DNA of 64,000 nt from Acidimicrobiales bacterium (lineage in GTDB: Bacteria > Actinomycetota > Acidimicrobiia > Acidimicrobiales > SZUA-35), in the NCBI GenBank assembly GCA_041394345.1, contig JAWKIN010000003.1, positions 62,737-126,736 on the forward strand, read 5' to 3'. The position numbers and the translations under genes were made by a program. The notes beneath the pieces are model-generated. The model worked only from the letters and a program-made list of their open reading frames with translations. It did not search any database and was not told where the DNA came from. Below, piece after piece: positions 16,121 to 26,721 of the stretch; the first letter of the stretch is position 1, and each line of letters begins with the position of its first letter.

Positions 16121-17008
16121 CTAGCTTGCTGCTATCGCGTCGCGCTCCTTGGCGTCGCGAGCAGCCTGGGCGATCCGCCGCTGCTCAAGCGATTGGGCGG
16201 CGATCTCGTCAACCTCGCCATCGGTGAAGCCGGCCATTTTACGGAATTGGCGGGCCAGCTTGATCGGTGAGTCGTCTTCCTCGCCCCGGGCGCCGCGGCC
16301 ACTAAAGAGGCCGTCGACGACGCGTTGGAACTCCAGCGCTGCCTTCCGCCGCTCCGGATCGTTTTCGGTCACCGCCCGCAACCAGCGCGACCCCATCTTC
16401 ACATGCGTCACCTCGTCGGCGAGCATGTAGTCCTCGCAATACTCCAGGACGGGGTCGCCAAGGGCGACGCCAAACTCGCGCATCTGGGTAAAGACGTCGA
16501 TGGCAAGCCCTTCGAGCGCACGGTTGACGCCAGCCAGGCGAAACACCGGGTCCTCGTGGCATGCGGCCTCAAACAGGGTCGTCGTCTCGACATACTCGCC
16601 GAGCTCGCCGCCCATATGCTCGGCCAGCTTGATCGAGATCTCGCAGTGGCGCGCCTCGTCCCAGCATTGGCGAGCCATGTCGAGCTTCAGTTCGTAGGGG
16701 ACCTCGTCGGTGCCGAAGTCGAACGCCGTGCGGCCCGCGCCCTCGAGCGCCTGGATCTCGCCGACAAAGATGCCATGCATCCGACGGCGGGAGCGCTCGC
16801 CTGCATCTTCGGCCTCGGGGTCGACGGTTCCCAGTTCGAGCGTGTCACGCTCGTCAAGAAAGCGGGCCTCGCTGTCTTGGCGAGTGAATCGGGCATCGCG
16901 AGCGAGGGCGGATGGTGGAATGTTCTTGCGCACTGGGTCCCCTCCAGGTTCTGGAACAGTGCGCAGCTTAGAACGTTCTCCGGGCTCGACGCCAGGCACG
17001 GGCCCCAA
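16121..17008 (-). CDS. Ferritin-like DUF455 family protein
   Basis: The 295-aa ORF carries FVGEIQALEGAGRTAFDF...LDMARQCWDEARHCEISIKLAEHMGGELGEY...YMLADEVTHVKMGSRWL. Confidence 0.7.
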   Translation of the reverse strand: MGPVPGVEPGERSKLRTVPEPGGDPVRKNIPPSALARDARFTRQDSEARFLDERDTLELGTVDPEAEDAGERSRRRMHGIFVGEIQALEGAGRTAFDFGTDEVPYELKLDMARQCWDEARHCEISIKLAEHMGGELGEYVETTTLFEAACHEDPVFRLAGVNRALEGLAIDVFTQMREFGVALGDPVLEYCEDYMLADEVTHVKMGSRWLRAVTENDPERRKAALEFQRVVDGLFSGRGARGEEDDSPIKLARQFRKMAGFTDGEVDEIAAQSLEQRRIAQAARDAKERDAIAAS

Positions 17009-17030
17009 ACGGGCACACTTAGTGCCGACT

Positions 17031-19432
17031 ATGGGCCCCTATCAACCACTCGGTCTCCCGATCGATGACGTCGCCGACGAGGTGTCCACGGCTATGCGCC
17101 ATGGTGGCGCAGTGATCACCGCCGAGCCGGGAGCGGGAAAATCAACGGTCGTTCCGTTGCTGGCCGCCCAGGCAATCGACGGCACGATCTATCTTTCGGA
17201 GCCTCGCCGAGTCGCCGCTCGGGCAACGGCTCAGCGCTTGGCCGAGCTCGCCGGCACCGAGGTCGGCGATGGGGTCGGACTCATCATGCGGGGCGAGCAC
17301 CGACGCTCGGCGCGCAGCAAGATCGTCGTGATGACTGAGGGCGTGTTGGCCCAGATCATTCGCTCGGAGCCCGACCTTCCTGGGGTAGGCGCCGTCATCT
17401 TCGACGAGTTTCACGAACGCAGCCTGCATGCCGACCTAGGACTAGCGATGAGTGTCGAGGCTCGCGATGCGCTCCGACCCGACCTCGCATTGGTGGTGAT
17501 GTCGGCCACCATCGACGCCATCCCGATTTCGGGCCTACTGGGTGGCGCCCCGATTATTGCGGCTGCTGGTCGAACGTTTCCCGTCGAAACCGTTTGGTCC
17601 AATCGGGTACCTGAAGCGCGGTGGGCCGGTCATGTGGCGCAGCTCACCGCCACCGCAGCCGCCCAGGTTCGCGGCAGTGTCATTGTTTTGTGCCCGGACG
17701 TCGAGGATCAGCGACGTCATCGGCGAGCTGGCGCGGCTCGGTCTGTCCGGCGACGGACTTCATGGCGGTAGCGACGCACCAACCCAACGCCGCCTGCTGG
17801 GCCCGACGACGAGCCAGAGAATCATCGTGGCCACGTCGGTCGCCGAGACCTCGCTCACGATCCCAAACGTCGAGGCCGTCGTCGATGGCGGTCTAGCGAA
17901 GGGCCGCGTACGACCCCCGGACAGGACTCGGCCGACTCGAAACCGGCTTTGTAACGAGGTTCAGCCGACCAGCGGCGGGGCCGAGCCGGCCGACTCTCGC
18001 CGGGGTCTGCTTCGAGCGTGGTCGGAGGAGGATCATCGGCACCTCGACAACGCCATCTCCCGAGGTGCTCAGCGGCGACCCGCTCGAGCTCGGCTTCGCT
18101 CTGGCCCGGTGGGGAGACCCCTACGGCGTGTCGCTTCCTCTACTCGATCACCCGCCAGCGCATCGACTCGATGCGGCGTTTGCCCGCCTCGCCGACCTCG
18201 GACTCACCACCGAGACCGGTGCAGTGACCCCCTTCGGACATGCGGCCGCCACACTCGGGGTCCACCCGCGAGCGGCTGCGCTTCTGCTTCGCGCCGCGCC
18301 GACGCCTTCGCTCGCGACTGCTGCGCTCGCGGCTGCGGTGCTCGACTCCGACCAGTATCCACGGTCAGACGACTTCGAGGCGGAGGTCAGGCTGGCGAGC
18401 AAGACACTTCAGAGAGAAGCCGACCGACTCGCCAAAGCAGCCACATCGAATTCAGAACCTCCCGTCGCACGACGTACCGGTACGAGCGATGCACCAACCG
18501 ATCTAGCCAACCTGGCCGCCGCGGCCTGGCCCGACCGTGTCGCATTGCGACGCGACGAGACCGAGCGCTACCTGCTGGCCACTGGACGCGAAGTAAAGCT
18601 CCGACGCAACAGCCCGCTGCTCGGTTCCGAAGCACTCGTGGTGGTCGATGCTGATGCCGATGCAACCGCAGGGTTTGTGGCCCGAGCGCTCCCCCTGAGT
18701 CGTGGCGACGCAATCAACAGACTCGAGCCTCTCGCCGCAGAGCGAAACGAGGTCAGGTGGGATCAACCTCGCGGCCGGGTCGTGGCCGAGCAGGTCATTG
18801 CCTACGGCTCGCTTGTTTTCCGCCGGCGCCCCGACCCCGAGCCTGCCCCCGGACTCGTTCGCTTGGCGATCCACGACGCAGTCAGACGCAGCAATCTCGA
18901 ACTCCTTCGATGGACCGATGCGGCACTCGCCACACGAGCACGCTTGCAGTGGCTCCACCAACAAGATCCGTCAGGGTGGCCCGACGTGAGCACGTCATGC
19001 CTGGTCGACCGACTCGATGAGTGGCTCGAGGTCGGTGGGAGCCAAAACATCACTGCGATTGGCGAGATCCCTGTTGCCTCGTCATTGCTTCGACTTCTCG
19101 ACTGGAAGCAGCGCGACGAACTGAAGCTCCTCGCCCCCGCTTCACTTGCGACGCCAGACGGGAGAAGTGTCGCTGTGAGCTACGAAAGTGGCGAGCCCGT
19201 GTGGGCGGTTCGTTTGCAGTGGCTCCTCGGCCTCGACACGCACCCGACGGTCGGACCAAGTCGATCGCCGATCACCATCGAATTGCTGTCACCGGCCGGT
19301 CGACCAGTGCAGCGGACCCGTGATCTACCCGGGTTTTGGCGCGGCAGCTATCAGGCGGTTCGGTCCGATCTACGCGGACGGTATCCGAAGCACAATTGGC
19401 CAAGCGATCCGCTCAAGCCCGACGAACGGTAG
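17031..19432 (+). pseudogene. hrpB: ATP-dependent RNA helicase HrpB (DEAH-box), at least 3 frame changes
   Basis: From ATG 17031: ...AVITAEPGAGKSTVVP...VIFDEFHERSLHADLGLA...VVMSATID (ORF 16710..). RIIVATSVAETSLTIPNVEAVVDGGL appears in ORF 17542... The HrpB C-terminal domain is in ORF 18065..19432. Confidence 0.85.
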
Positions 19433-19494
19433 ACATCGGTACGTCTCAATTGCCCGACGCTCCGATGTGAGCCGGCCTGCCGAGAAGGATCGCC

Positions 19495-20571
19495 TTACAG
19501 CAGCTTGCGCAGTGCCTCATAGGTACGCTCAATCGACTCGCGGTGAAGGTGTTCGTGCGGCGTGTGAGCAAGTGTCGGATCGCCGGAGCCGAAGTTGGTC
19601 GCCGGCACGCCGAATTCGGCGAACCGCGCGACGTCGGTCCAACCGAGCTTCGCCTCGACCCGTAGATCGGAGCCATCACGCAACGCCTTGAGCAGTGGGT
19701 GGGTTAGCGACGGCGGGCAGGCCAGTGAGCTGTCGACGACAGTGAAGGTGTCGCCGTCGTCCATATAGGGCCCGACCAAGTCACGAAGGAACGCTTCTGC
19801 CTCGGCAGCGGATCGATCAGGAGCGTAGCGATGGTGAATCCGCAGCCTTACCAGATCGGGAACGACGTTTCCGGCCACGCCACCTTCGACGGTGACCGCC
19901 TGCACTGCTTCTCGGTAGGTGCACCCGTCAATAGTTGGGGTGCGAGCTTCATAGGCCGCCAGTGCATCGAGCAGCGGGCCCAGCCGATGGATGGCGTTTC
20001 GCCCCATCCATGGTCGGGCGGTGTGGGAACGCTTGCCCGCGAGCGCAATCTCGACCCGCATCGCACCCTGACACCCGGCTTCAATGTGGCCGTCGGTCGG
20101 CTCCCCCAGAATGGCGGCGTCGCCATGCAGTAGGTCGGGTCGCTCGGCGTAGATCTCGCGCAACCCATTGTGTTCTTGGGGCACCTCTTCACGGGCGTAG
20201 AACACGAAGGACAGATCGACCTTCGGTTGTGGCACGGTGCGTGCCAAATGCAAGAAGACTGCGAGGCCGCCCTTCATGTCGGCGGACCCAAGCCCCCACA
20301 AGGTGTCTCCCTCAATGCGTGCCTTGGCGTTTGAGCCGCCAGGAAGGTCGTCCGCATAGGCGACGGGAACGGTGTCGGTGTGGCCGCACAGGATGAGCCG
20401 CTGGGCTCGCCCAAGCATCGTGCGAGCGACCAGGTTGTCTCCGACCCGGTCGACGGTGAGATGGTCGTAGCTCCGCAGGTCGGCCTCGAGCCAATCGACA
20501 AAGGCCGTCTCCTCGAAAGAAACCGATGCATGGTCCACTAGTTCAGCGGTGAGCGCGAGAAGATCAGTCAT
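19495..20571 (-). CDS. dapE: Succinyl-diaminopimelate desuccinylase (M20 peptidase)
   Basis: The 358-aa intact ORF carries LILCGHTDTVP, SADMKGGLAV and EPTDGHIEAGCQGAMRVEI. It lies adjacent to a dapC-type aminotransferase. Confidence 0.85.
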   Translation of the reverse strand: MTDLLALTAELVDHASVSFEETAFVDWLEADLRSYDHLTVDRVGDNLVARTMLGRAQRLILCGHTDTVPVAYADDLPGGSNAKARIEGDTLWGLGSADMKGGLAVFLHLARTVPQPKVDLSFVFYAREEVPQEHNGLREIYAERPDLLHGDAAILGEPTDGHIEAGCQGAMRVEIALAGKRSHTARPWMGRNAIHRLGPLLDALAAYEARTPTIDGCTYREAVQAVTVEGGVAGNVVPDLVRLRIHHRYAPDRSAAEAEAFLRDLVGPYMDDGDTFTVVDSSLACPPSLTHPLLKALRDGSDLRVEAKLGWTDVARFAEFGVPATNFGSGDPTLAHTPHEHLHRESIERTYEALRKLL

Positions 20572-21691
20572 CGGTGCCTTCGAGGGAAACGCCGACTCGG
20601 GCGGCTGCGACGCTCACCTGCTCGTCTGGTTGGACGACCGCGATGCGCACATGGCCGGCGCCCGCTTCGCCGTAAAACTCACCTGGGCTGACGAGAATGC
20701 CCGCGTCCTCAGCAAGGCGCTGGGCAAACGCCCACGCATCACCGTCGGGAGCGGGAACCCACAAGTAGAAACCTCCGCCGGGGAGGCTGGCCTCCACACC
20801 AAGCGCAGCAACCAGTTTTTGCATCAGCACCAGCCGATCCCAGTACCGAACTCGCTGTTCGGCGACATGCGTTTGGTCGCCGAAGGCCGCTATCGATGCG
20901 TGTTGGATCGGGCCGGGCATGAGGAAGCCGGCGTGCTGACGCACCTCGCCGAGATAGTTGATGATCTCGGGGTCGCCGGCGTAGAAGCCCGACCGGCCCC
21001 CTGCCAAGTTGGATCGCTTCGAGCGAATGCACTGCGACGACGCCATCGAAGCCGTGCTCAAGGATGGACGCACGGCGGCCCGTCCCACGTGAACTCGATG
21101 TAGCACTCATCGGAGAATACGGGCACGTCGTTGGCGCGGCCCCAGGCGGCCGCAGCTTCGAGATCGTCGAGCCCACCGGCCGGAGTTCCCTGGCGTGTTG
21201 ACCCAGAGGCAAAGGGCTCGGGCGGCGTCGGCCGGGTCGATCGCGGCGAGGTCAATCCTCCAGTGCTCGTCGACGGGTACGGCGACGGCGCGACAGTTCC
21301 CCAGCTGGGCCCCCATGGCATAGCTCGGGTAGCTGATAGCGGGGTAGAGGACCGTGTCTCGTTCGGGCGTCCGGAGACGGAGCCAGTGGGGTAGGCCGGC
21401 GACGAACTCTTTGGTGCCGATCGCGGCCCGCACATCGGCGGCGCCCAGGTCGGTCCCCACGAGCGTGTTGAGCCAGGTGGCTGCGGCCTCTCGGAAGGCC
21501 GGCGTGCCGATCGAGGGTGGGTAGCCGCGCTCGGCGTTTGAGTTGGCCAGTGCCTCGACGACGAGGGGTGGTGGCGGATCGAACGGGGTGCCGATGGAGA
21601 GGTCGACCACCGATCCGTAACGCTCAACGGCGAGCGCCTTCAGCCCGTTGAGCCGGTCATAGGGGTAGGGAGGGGGGACAAATCCAGCCAT
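20564..21691 (-). pseudogene. dapC: Class I/II aminotransferase, succinyldiaminopimelate transaminase-like (2 frame changes)
   Basis: The N-terminal ORF 21107..21691 reads MAGFVPPPYPYDRLNGLKALA...DLSIGTPFDPPP...YPPSIGTPAFREA. The middle piece appears in ORF 21058..21627 (DVPVFSDECYIEF). The C-terminal ORF 20564..21106 carries GGFYLWVPAP...ILVSPGEFYGEAGAGHVRIA. Confidence 0.75.
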
Positions 21692-21719
21692 CCGGCGAGC
21701 CTACCCCCGCCACCCCCTT

Positions 21720-21771
21720 CCGAAGTGGCCACTTCTACGCCCATTTCTGGGCGTAATCGCAACCACTTCGG
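21720..21771. repeat. REP-like palindromic element, copy 1
   Basis: The sequence is CCGAAGTGGCCACTTC-T-ACGCCCATTTCTGGGCGT-aatcgcaa-CCACTTCGG. It contains the 14-bp perfect palindrome GAAGTGGCCACTTC (21722-21735) and the hairpin ACGCCCA-tttc-TGGGCGT (21737-21754). The outer arms CCGAAGTGG / CCACTTCGG also pair. Confidence 0.7.
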
Positions 21772-21795
21772 CGGTTCGCTGGCGCCGGGCGACCA

Positions 21796-22208
21796 CTAGG
21801 AGGTGTAGCTGACGACTTCAAACTCGATTGCGTCGGCATCGTCGAAGTAGAAGCGACGACCGGGTTCGTAGTCGCCGTGGTTGTATGGCTCGAATCCGGC
21901 GGCAATGACCCTGGCCTCCACGGCGTCTAGGTCGTCGACGACAATCCCCAAGTGGTTGAGACTGCCGGGTACGGGTCGGCGCTCATGGCTCCGGCGGTGT
22001 CGTCGTGCGTGTAGACGGCGAGATAGGACTGACCATTGCCCGGCTCACCCACATGAACCGTGTAGCCGCCGGCCAACGACGGACCTGTCCAACGGACTTC
22101 CCATCCAAACAAGTCGCAGAGAAGCGAGGCCGTCTTGTCTGGATCTGACACGGTGACGTTGGCGTGTTCGAGTACTGCTGTCGATTTCTTCTCGTGTTTG
22201 TTGGTCAT
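21796..22208 (-). pseudogene. VOC (glyoxalase/bleomycin-resistance/dioxygenase) family protein, one frame change
   Basis: ORF 21927..22208 reads MTNKHEKKSTAVLEHANVTVSDPDKTASLLCDLFGWEVRWTG.... After a shift it continues ...LNHLGIVVDDLDAVEARVIAAGFEPYNHGDYEPGRRFYFDDADAIEFEVVSYTS, with the stop at 21796. Confidence 0.7.
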
Positions 22209-22215
22209 GGTGATG

Positions 22216-22246
22216 TTGCTAATATCTCAAGCAATGTTGAGGTCAA
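22216..22246 (-). promoter_or_regulatory. SoxR-type promoter: -35 TTGACC, 19-bp spacer containing the SoxR palindrome, -10 TAGCAA; drives the VOC gene
   Basis: The minus strand reads TTGACC-TCAACATTGCTTGAGATAT-TAGCAA-catcacc-ATG. This compares with the E. coli soxS promoter TTTACC-TCAAGTTAACTTGAGGAAT-TATACT. The half-sites are ACCTCAA / CTTGAG. The ATG of the VOC gene is 7 nt after the -10, so the transcript is probably leaderless. Confidence 0.7.
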
Positions 22247-22722
22247 GTGGAAACGCAAGAAAGCCAGCAAAAAGCGACACGTTGAGCATCGGCGATGTCG
22301 CGGCCAGAACAGGCCTGGCCGTGTCGGCGATCCGCTTCTACGAGGACCGAGGGCTCATTCGGGCAATCCGGTCGCCGGCGGGCCATCGCCTCTTTCGCCG
22401 GTCGACGATTCGCCGGTTGTCGTTCATTCGAATCTGCCAACAACTCGGCTACTCGCTCGCCGAGATCGAGTCCCAGCTTGAGCAACTGCCAAACGGCCGC
22501 AACCCGACGGAGGCCGACTGGCAAGGCTCGCGTCGCGCTTCGCTCTCGAACTGGACGAGCGGATCGCTGGCCTAGCGCTGCTTCGAGAAAAGCTCGATGG
22601 CTGCATTGGGTGTGGTTGCCTGATGATGGGCGCCTGCAAGCTCTACAACATCGACGATGGCGCAAAGCGCGTACGGCACCGGTCCCCGCTACCTGCTCGG
22701 CGACTCTCCCCCGCCCCAGTGA
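22234..22722 (+). pseudogene. soxR: Redox-sensitive MerR-family activator SoxR (at least 2 frame changes)
   Basis: The protein reads LSIGDVAARTGLAVSAIRFYEDRGLIRAIRSPAGHRLFRRSTIRRLSFIRICQQLGYSLAEI. The [2Fe-2S] motif CIGCGCLMMGACKLYN appears in a second frame (ORF 22623..). A third frame gives GTGPRYLLGDSPPPQ with its stop at 22720-22722. Confidence 0.85.
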
Positions 22723-22739
22723 GCCCCCGTCCGGGCTCG

Positions 22740-22821
22740 GAAGTGGCCACTAGTACGCCCATTTCTGGGCGCAGAAGTGGCTGCTTTTACGCCCATTTCC
22801 GGGCGCAGAAGTGGCCACTTC
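22740..22821. repeat. REP-like palindromic elements, copies 2-3 (tandem, 34-bp period) plus a terminal palindrome
   Basis: The units are GAAGTGGCCAC-tagt-ACGCCCATTTCTGGGCG-ca, GAAGTGGCTGC-tttt-ACGCCCATTTCCGGGCG-ca and GAAGTGGCCACTTC. These are the same modules as at 21720-21771. They lie in the convergent gap between soxR and dedA. Confidence 0.75.
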
Positions 22822-22836
22822 GCGAGCGGGGTGGTG

Positions 22837-23423
22837 TTAGTGGCGGCGGATGGCCCGCACGACCTCGATGAGACCAGTCATACTCAGCGCCGCCGCAGGC
22901 GCAGTAGGAACGCCGTGGTGTGGTTGAACCGCTGACCGAAAACAAAGCCAGGCCCGCCGCATACGTCGCCCAGATAACGACAGCCACAATGTCCCAACGA
23001 AGAAACCAGCTGCGATACGGCTGCTGGGTCGCCCCACAAGTAAAGGTCAGCGCCGTGCGCCCGCCAGGAATGAAGCGTGCCGTGATCAGCAACACGCCAC
23101 CGCGCTGCTTGATCTGCCTCCCCACCGTTTCAAGTCGCCGCTTACCCTTCTCGCCTCGAAACAGCAGCCGGCCGACCACCCCGGATGCCCGCTGGCCGAG
23201 AAGATGCGCGATCGAATCACCTGCGGCGGCACCAATTACTGCGACGAGCACCACGAGCGCGATCGACAGATTGCCGGTGCCCGCCGCCGTCCCCAAGAAT
23301 CACCATTGTCTCGCTCGGCACAACGGGTAGAACCGAGTCCAGGAGTGCCACACCGAGGATGGCGAGATAGAACCAAGGGCTCGTCGAGATCGTCTCGAGC
23401 GAGTCGAAAAGGGAGTGCATCAC
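22837..23423 (-). pseudogene. DedA/VTT-family membrane protein (frame changes)
   Basis: ORF 23217..23423 reads MMHSLFDSLETISTSPWFYLAILGVALLDSVLPVVPSETMVILG. ORF 22787..23296 carries IGAAAGDSIAHLLGQRASG...LITARFIPGGRTALTFTCGATQ. The likely C-terminus is in ORF 22837..23037 (...AALSMTGLIEVVRAIRRH). Confidence 0.75.
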
Positions 23424-23443
23424 CGGCGCAGCGTAGCGTCGGC

Positions 23444-24917
23444 CTACTCCGGCACGGTGGCGGTCACAAAGTCGCTTAGGCGACTCGCCGACGCCGGCTC
23501 GAGTCGGGCCCGGAGCCGCATGCCGTCGTCTTCGGTCGTCTCGACCAACACCTCGCCTTCCCGGTGCAGGGCAGCGAGCATGTCACCTCGGGCCCACGGG
23601 ATGAAAAGCTCGTAGATACTCGATTGCGCCCGTATCCGATCGCCAATGGCAAGCAGCAGCTTGTCGATGCCTTCGCCGGTCTGAGCCGAGACAGCGACCG
23701 ATCCGTCGTTGTGGCTCAAATGCCATGGCAGATCAGTGGCAATATCGGCCTTATTGAAGACCATGAGCTCGGGAATATCTTTTGCCCCGATCTCAGACAA
23801 CACTTCGCGGACCGCCTCGATATGGCCACCGACGTCGGTGCCGGCGCCGTCGATCACGTGGATCAGCAGATCGGCTTCGGCCGCAACTTCGAGCGTCGAT
23901 TTGAACGCTTCAACCAGTTGGTGAGGGAGTTTCTTGACGAACCCAACGGTGTCGGTAAGCAGGATCGTTTCGCCGCCCGGCAACTGCGCCTGCTTCGTGG
24001 TCGGGTCGACGGTCGCGAATAGCTGGTCTTCCACCTTCACATTTGACCCCGTGAGCGCATTGAGAAGGGTCGACTTACCGGCGTTTGTGTAACCGACGAT
24101 CGACACAACCTTGTAGGGCGATCGAGTACGGGCCTTGCGTTGGTTCGCTCGGCGGTCGGCGATGTTTGCGAGATCTCGCTCAAGTTTGTGGATGCGGCGG
24201 ACGAGCCGGCGCCGGTCGACCTCAAGCTGTGTCTCGCCGGGACCGCGTGTGCCAATGCCACCGGCCTGCTGCGAGAAGTCCTTCTTGCCGCGAAGGCGCG
24301 GCAGTCGATAGCGCAGCTGAGCAAGCTCAACTTGCGCCTTACCTTCGGCTGATGTTGCGTGCTGAGCGAAGATGTCGAGGATGACACCCGTGCGGTCAAG
24401 CGCCGTTCGTTTGAGAATGCGCTCGAGGGTGAACTGTTGGGCGGGCGTGAGCACGTCATCAAAGACGACGGTGTCGACGTCATGGGTCAGACACGCCTCA
24501 AGAATCTCCTGCACCTTGCCCTTGCCGACATAGGTCGACGCATGTGGTGAGTCGCGCTTCTGTGTGATGCGCTCGACGACGTCGGCGCCCGCGGTGTCAA
24601 TGAGCAGCTCGAGTTCGTCGAGCGACTGCTCCATCTGGAGTTCGGTGGTCCGCCCTTGCAGCAACCCGACGACGACAATTCGCTCACGGAAACCGCGATC
24701 AAGGAAACCACCTTCGACCGTTGCACCAAACTCGCCGAAGGCACCGCGGTGGTGTCGTTTGGATCGAGGTGCAGATCGCCGGCCCCGTCGTCGGCCCCGT
24801 CATCGGACCCGGTGAAGATGAACTCATCGCCGTCATCGACGAAATCGCTCGAGTCGAAGCCAACGCCGTCAGGGTTGTCGTCTGGTTCGAGACCCCAGTC
24901 GAGTTTGTCGTAACCAT
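23444..24917 (-). pseudogene. hflX: GTPase HflX (core intact; acidic N-terminal extension needs frame changes)
   Basis: ORF 23444..24664 carries VSIVGYTNAGKSTLLNALTG..DQLFATVDPTT..LTDTVGFV..FNKAD. Upstream, FGATVEGGFLDRGFRERIVVVGLLQGR continues in frame. An acidic segment (GYDKLDWGLEPDDNPDGVGFDSSDFVDDGDEF) sits in another frame, reachable from ATG 24917 if one base is restored. Confidence 0.85.
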
Positions 24918-25717
24918 GGGAAAACCGAGAGCGAAGCGATGTGGTAGGTCGCTGGGCCGGTGAGGTGGACGGTGTCGGTGACCTCAACGACGGCTTCGAC
25001 CTCCAGGCATTTGAACGGTGACCGCTCCATGCGCCAGTCCCCAGTTGGCAGCAGCAACCGCGGCGGCACAAGCGCCCGAGCCACAGGCATCGGTGATTCC
25101 CGACCCTCGTTCCCATACATAGAGCGACAGATGGTCGGGCCGATCAACTTCAATGAAATGCACGTTGATGCCGCTCGATAGCTGGCTTCGACAACGGGCC
25201 TGACAGCAGCCAGATCGACGGCTGCTGGATCATCGACCAGCGCGACGAGGTGGGGATTGCCCATGTCGACGCTGGCCTGGCGGATGGGCGAAACACCAGT
25301 GGAGTCCCATCGGTCGAAGTCGCCAGGACCAGGCTTGGCCGCACCCATGTCCACCCGGACCTGACGGGTGTCGCCCTCCGCTGGCTGGATCTCGAGTTGA
25401 CGAAGACCGGCGTCAGTGGCGATTCGCATCGTCGTCGCACCGAGTCCAGCGTGGTCGGCCAATGCCTGGCCGAGGCAACGAATGCCGTTGCCAGAAATTT
25501 CGGCCCTACTGCCATCGGCGTTGTAGAGCACCATGGACCAGTCGGCCTCGGTGTCGCCTGGGGCTTTTGTCGCCACAATCAGTCCGTCCGCGCCGACACC
25601 CAGATGCCGGTTGCACCAGTGGACAGCGTCATCGGCCGTCAAGGAGATCTCGGGTTCGATGGCAATCAGGAAGTCGTTGCCCAGACCGTGGTGTTTTGTA
25701 AGCGAAATCAAAGTCAA
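24869..25717 (-). pseudogene. dapF: Diaminopimelate epimerase DapF (at least 2 frame changes)
   Basis: ORF 24869..25807 carries LTKHHGLGNDFLIA...GADGLIV...YNADGSRAEISGNGIRCLG...VDMGNPHLV. The C-terminal third is scrambled, but ...VHLTGPATYHIA is recovered. The candidate start is TTG at 25717. Confidence 0.85.
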
Positions 25718-25746
25718 GAAGTGCAGTGTCGCAGCAAATGGGGCTG

Positions 25747-26721
25747 TTAGCTCGAAATTATTGCACCGACCGACCGGTTCACGTCGGCAGGTTCGCCCTT
25801 GGCCCAAATCGCCTGCGCCCGCTCGACCAAATCGGGCGCCGTCGCCGGCAGCCAGTGGATGCGCGGATCGCGCCGGAACCAGCGTTGTTGGCGTCTCGCA
25901 AATCGGTGCGTGCGCCGCTTGGCTTCATCGAGCGCCTCGTCCAGCGTGCAATGACCTTCCAAATGCTTGATGAGCTCGCGATAGCCGAGGGCTTGACGGG
26001 CTGGCCGTGACAGGTCGGTCCTGAGCAGCGCCTCGACTTCGGCGAGGAAGCCGGCCGCCATCTGGTGTTCGTATCGCTCGTCGATTCGGCGATCCATCAG
26101 CTCCCTATCGATCTCCAGGCCGATCTGCACGAAGCGGCTGGGCGGATAGGCATCGACACCGGGACCAAAGCTCGAGAAGGGACGACCGGATCCGACGCAC
26201 ACCTCAAGGGCTCGCATGACCCGGCGCCGGTTGTTCGGTTCCATTTTGGCCGCTGCCATTGGGTCGAGTGCGTGGAGTCGTTGCCACAGTTTCTCGGTGT
26301 GTGGTTCGCTCTCGAGCTCCAGAACAACCTCGGGGTAGGTCCCCGGCAGCTCGAACGCATCGACGATCGAGCGAATGTAAAGCCCAGTGCCGCCGGCGAG
26401 GATAAACGGGGTACTGGTCGCGTCGAGCGACTCGATGACGGGTCGGATCGCATCGTTGTAGGTCGCCACGCCACACTCTTCACTCGCGTCGACAATATCT
26501 ATGCCGTGGTGCACGACGCTGAGTCGCTCGGCCTCTGTCGGCTTCGCCGTTCCGATATCCATCCGGGCATAGACCGCCATGGCGTCGGCTGAAACTATGT
26601 GGGCTTCCGCCGTCGCTTGGGCGAGCGCAAGGGCGAGGCCCGTCTTACCCGAGGCCGTTGGCCCCAGCACGACAAGCGGCGGGCGATTGTCTGGTGTCGT
26701 CGACGCAATCTGCTCGGTCAC
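25747..26721 (-). CDS. miaA: tRNA dimethylallyltransferase MiaA
   Basis: This is the C-terminal 325 codons of ORF 25747..27423: VTEQIASTTPDNRPPLVVLGPTASGKTGLALALA...IVSADAMAVYARMDIGTAKP...ILAGGTGLYIRS...ARRQQRWFRRD. The GTG start at 26721 overlaps the stop of the upstream gene (GTGA). Confidence 0.9.
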   Translation of the reverse strand: MTEQIASTTPDNRPPLVVLGPTASGKTGLALALAQATAEAHIVSADAMAVYARMDIGTAKPTEAERLSVVHHGIDIVDASEECGVATYNDAIRPVIESLDATSTPFILAGGTGLYIRSIVDAFELPGTYPEVVLELESEPHTEKLWQRLHALDPMAAAKMEPNNRRRVMRALEVCVGSGRPFSSFGPGVDAYPPSRFVQIGLEIDRELMDRRIDERYEHQMAAGFLAEVEALLRTDLSRPARQALGYRELIKHLEGHCTLDEALDEAKRRTHRFARRQQRWFRRDPRIHWLPATAPDLVERAQAIWAKGEPADVNRSVGAIISS

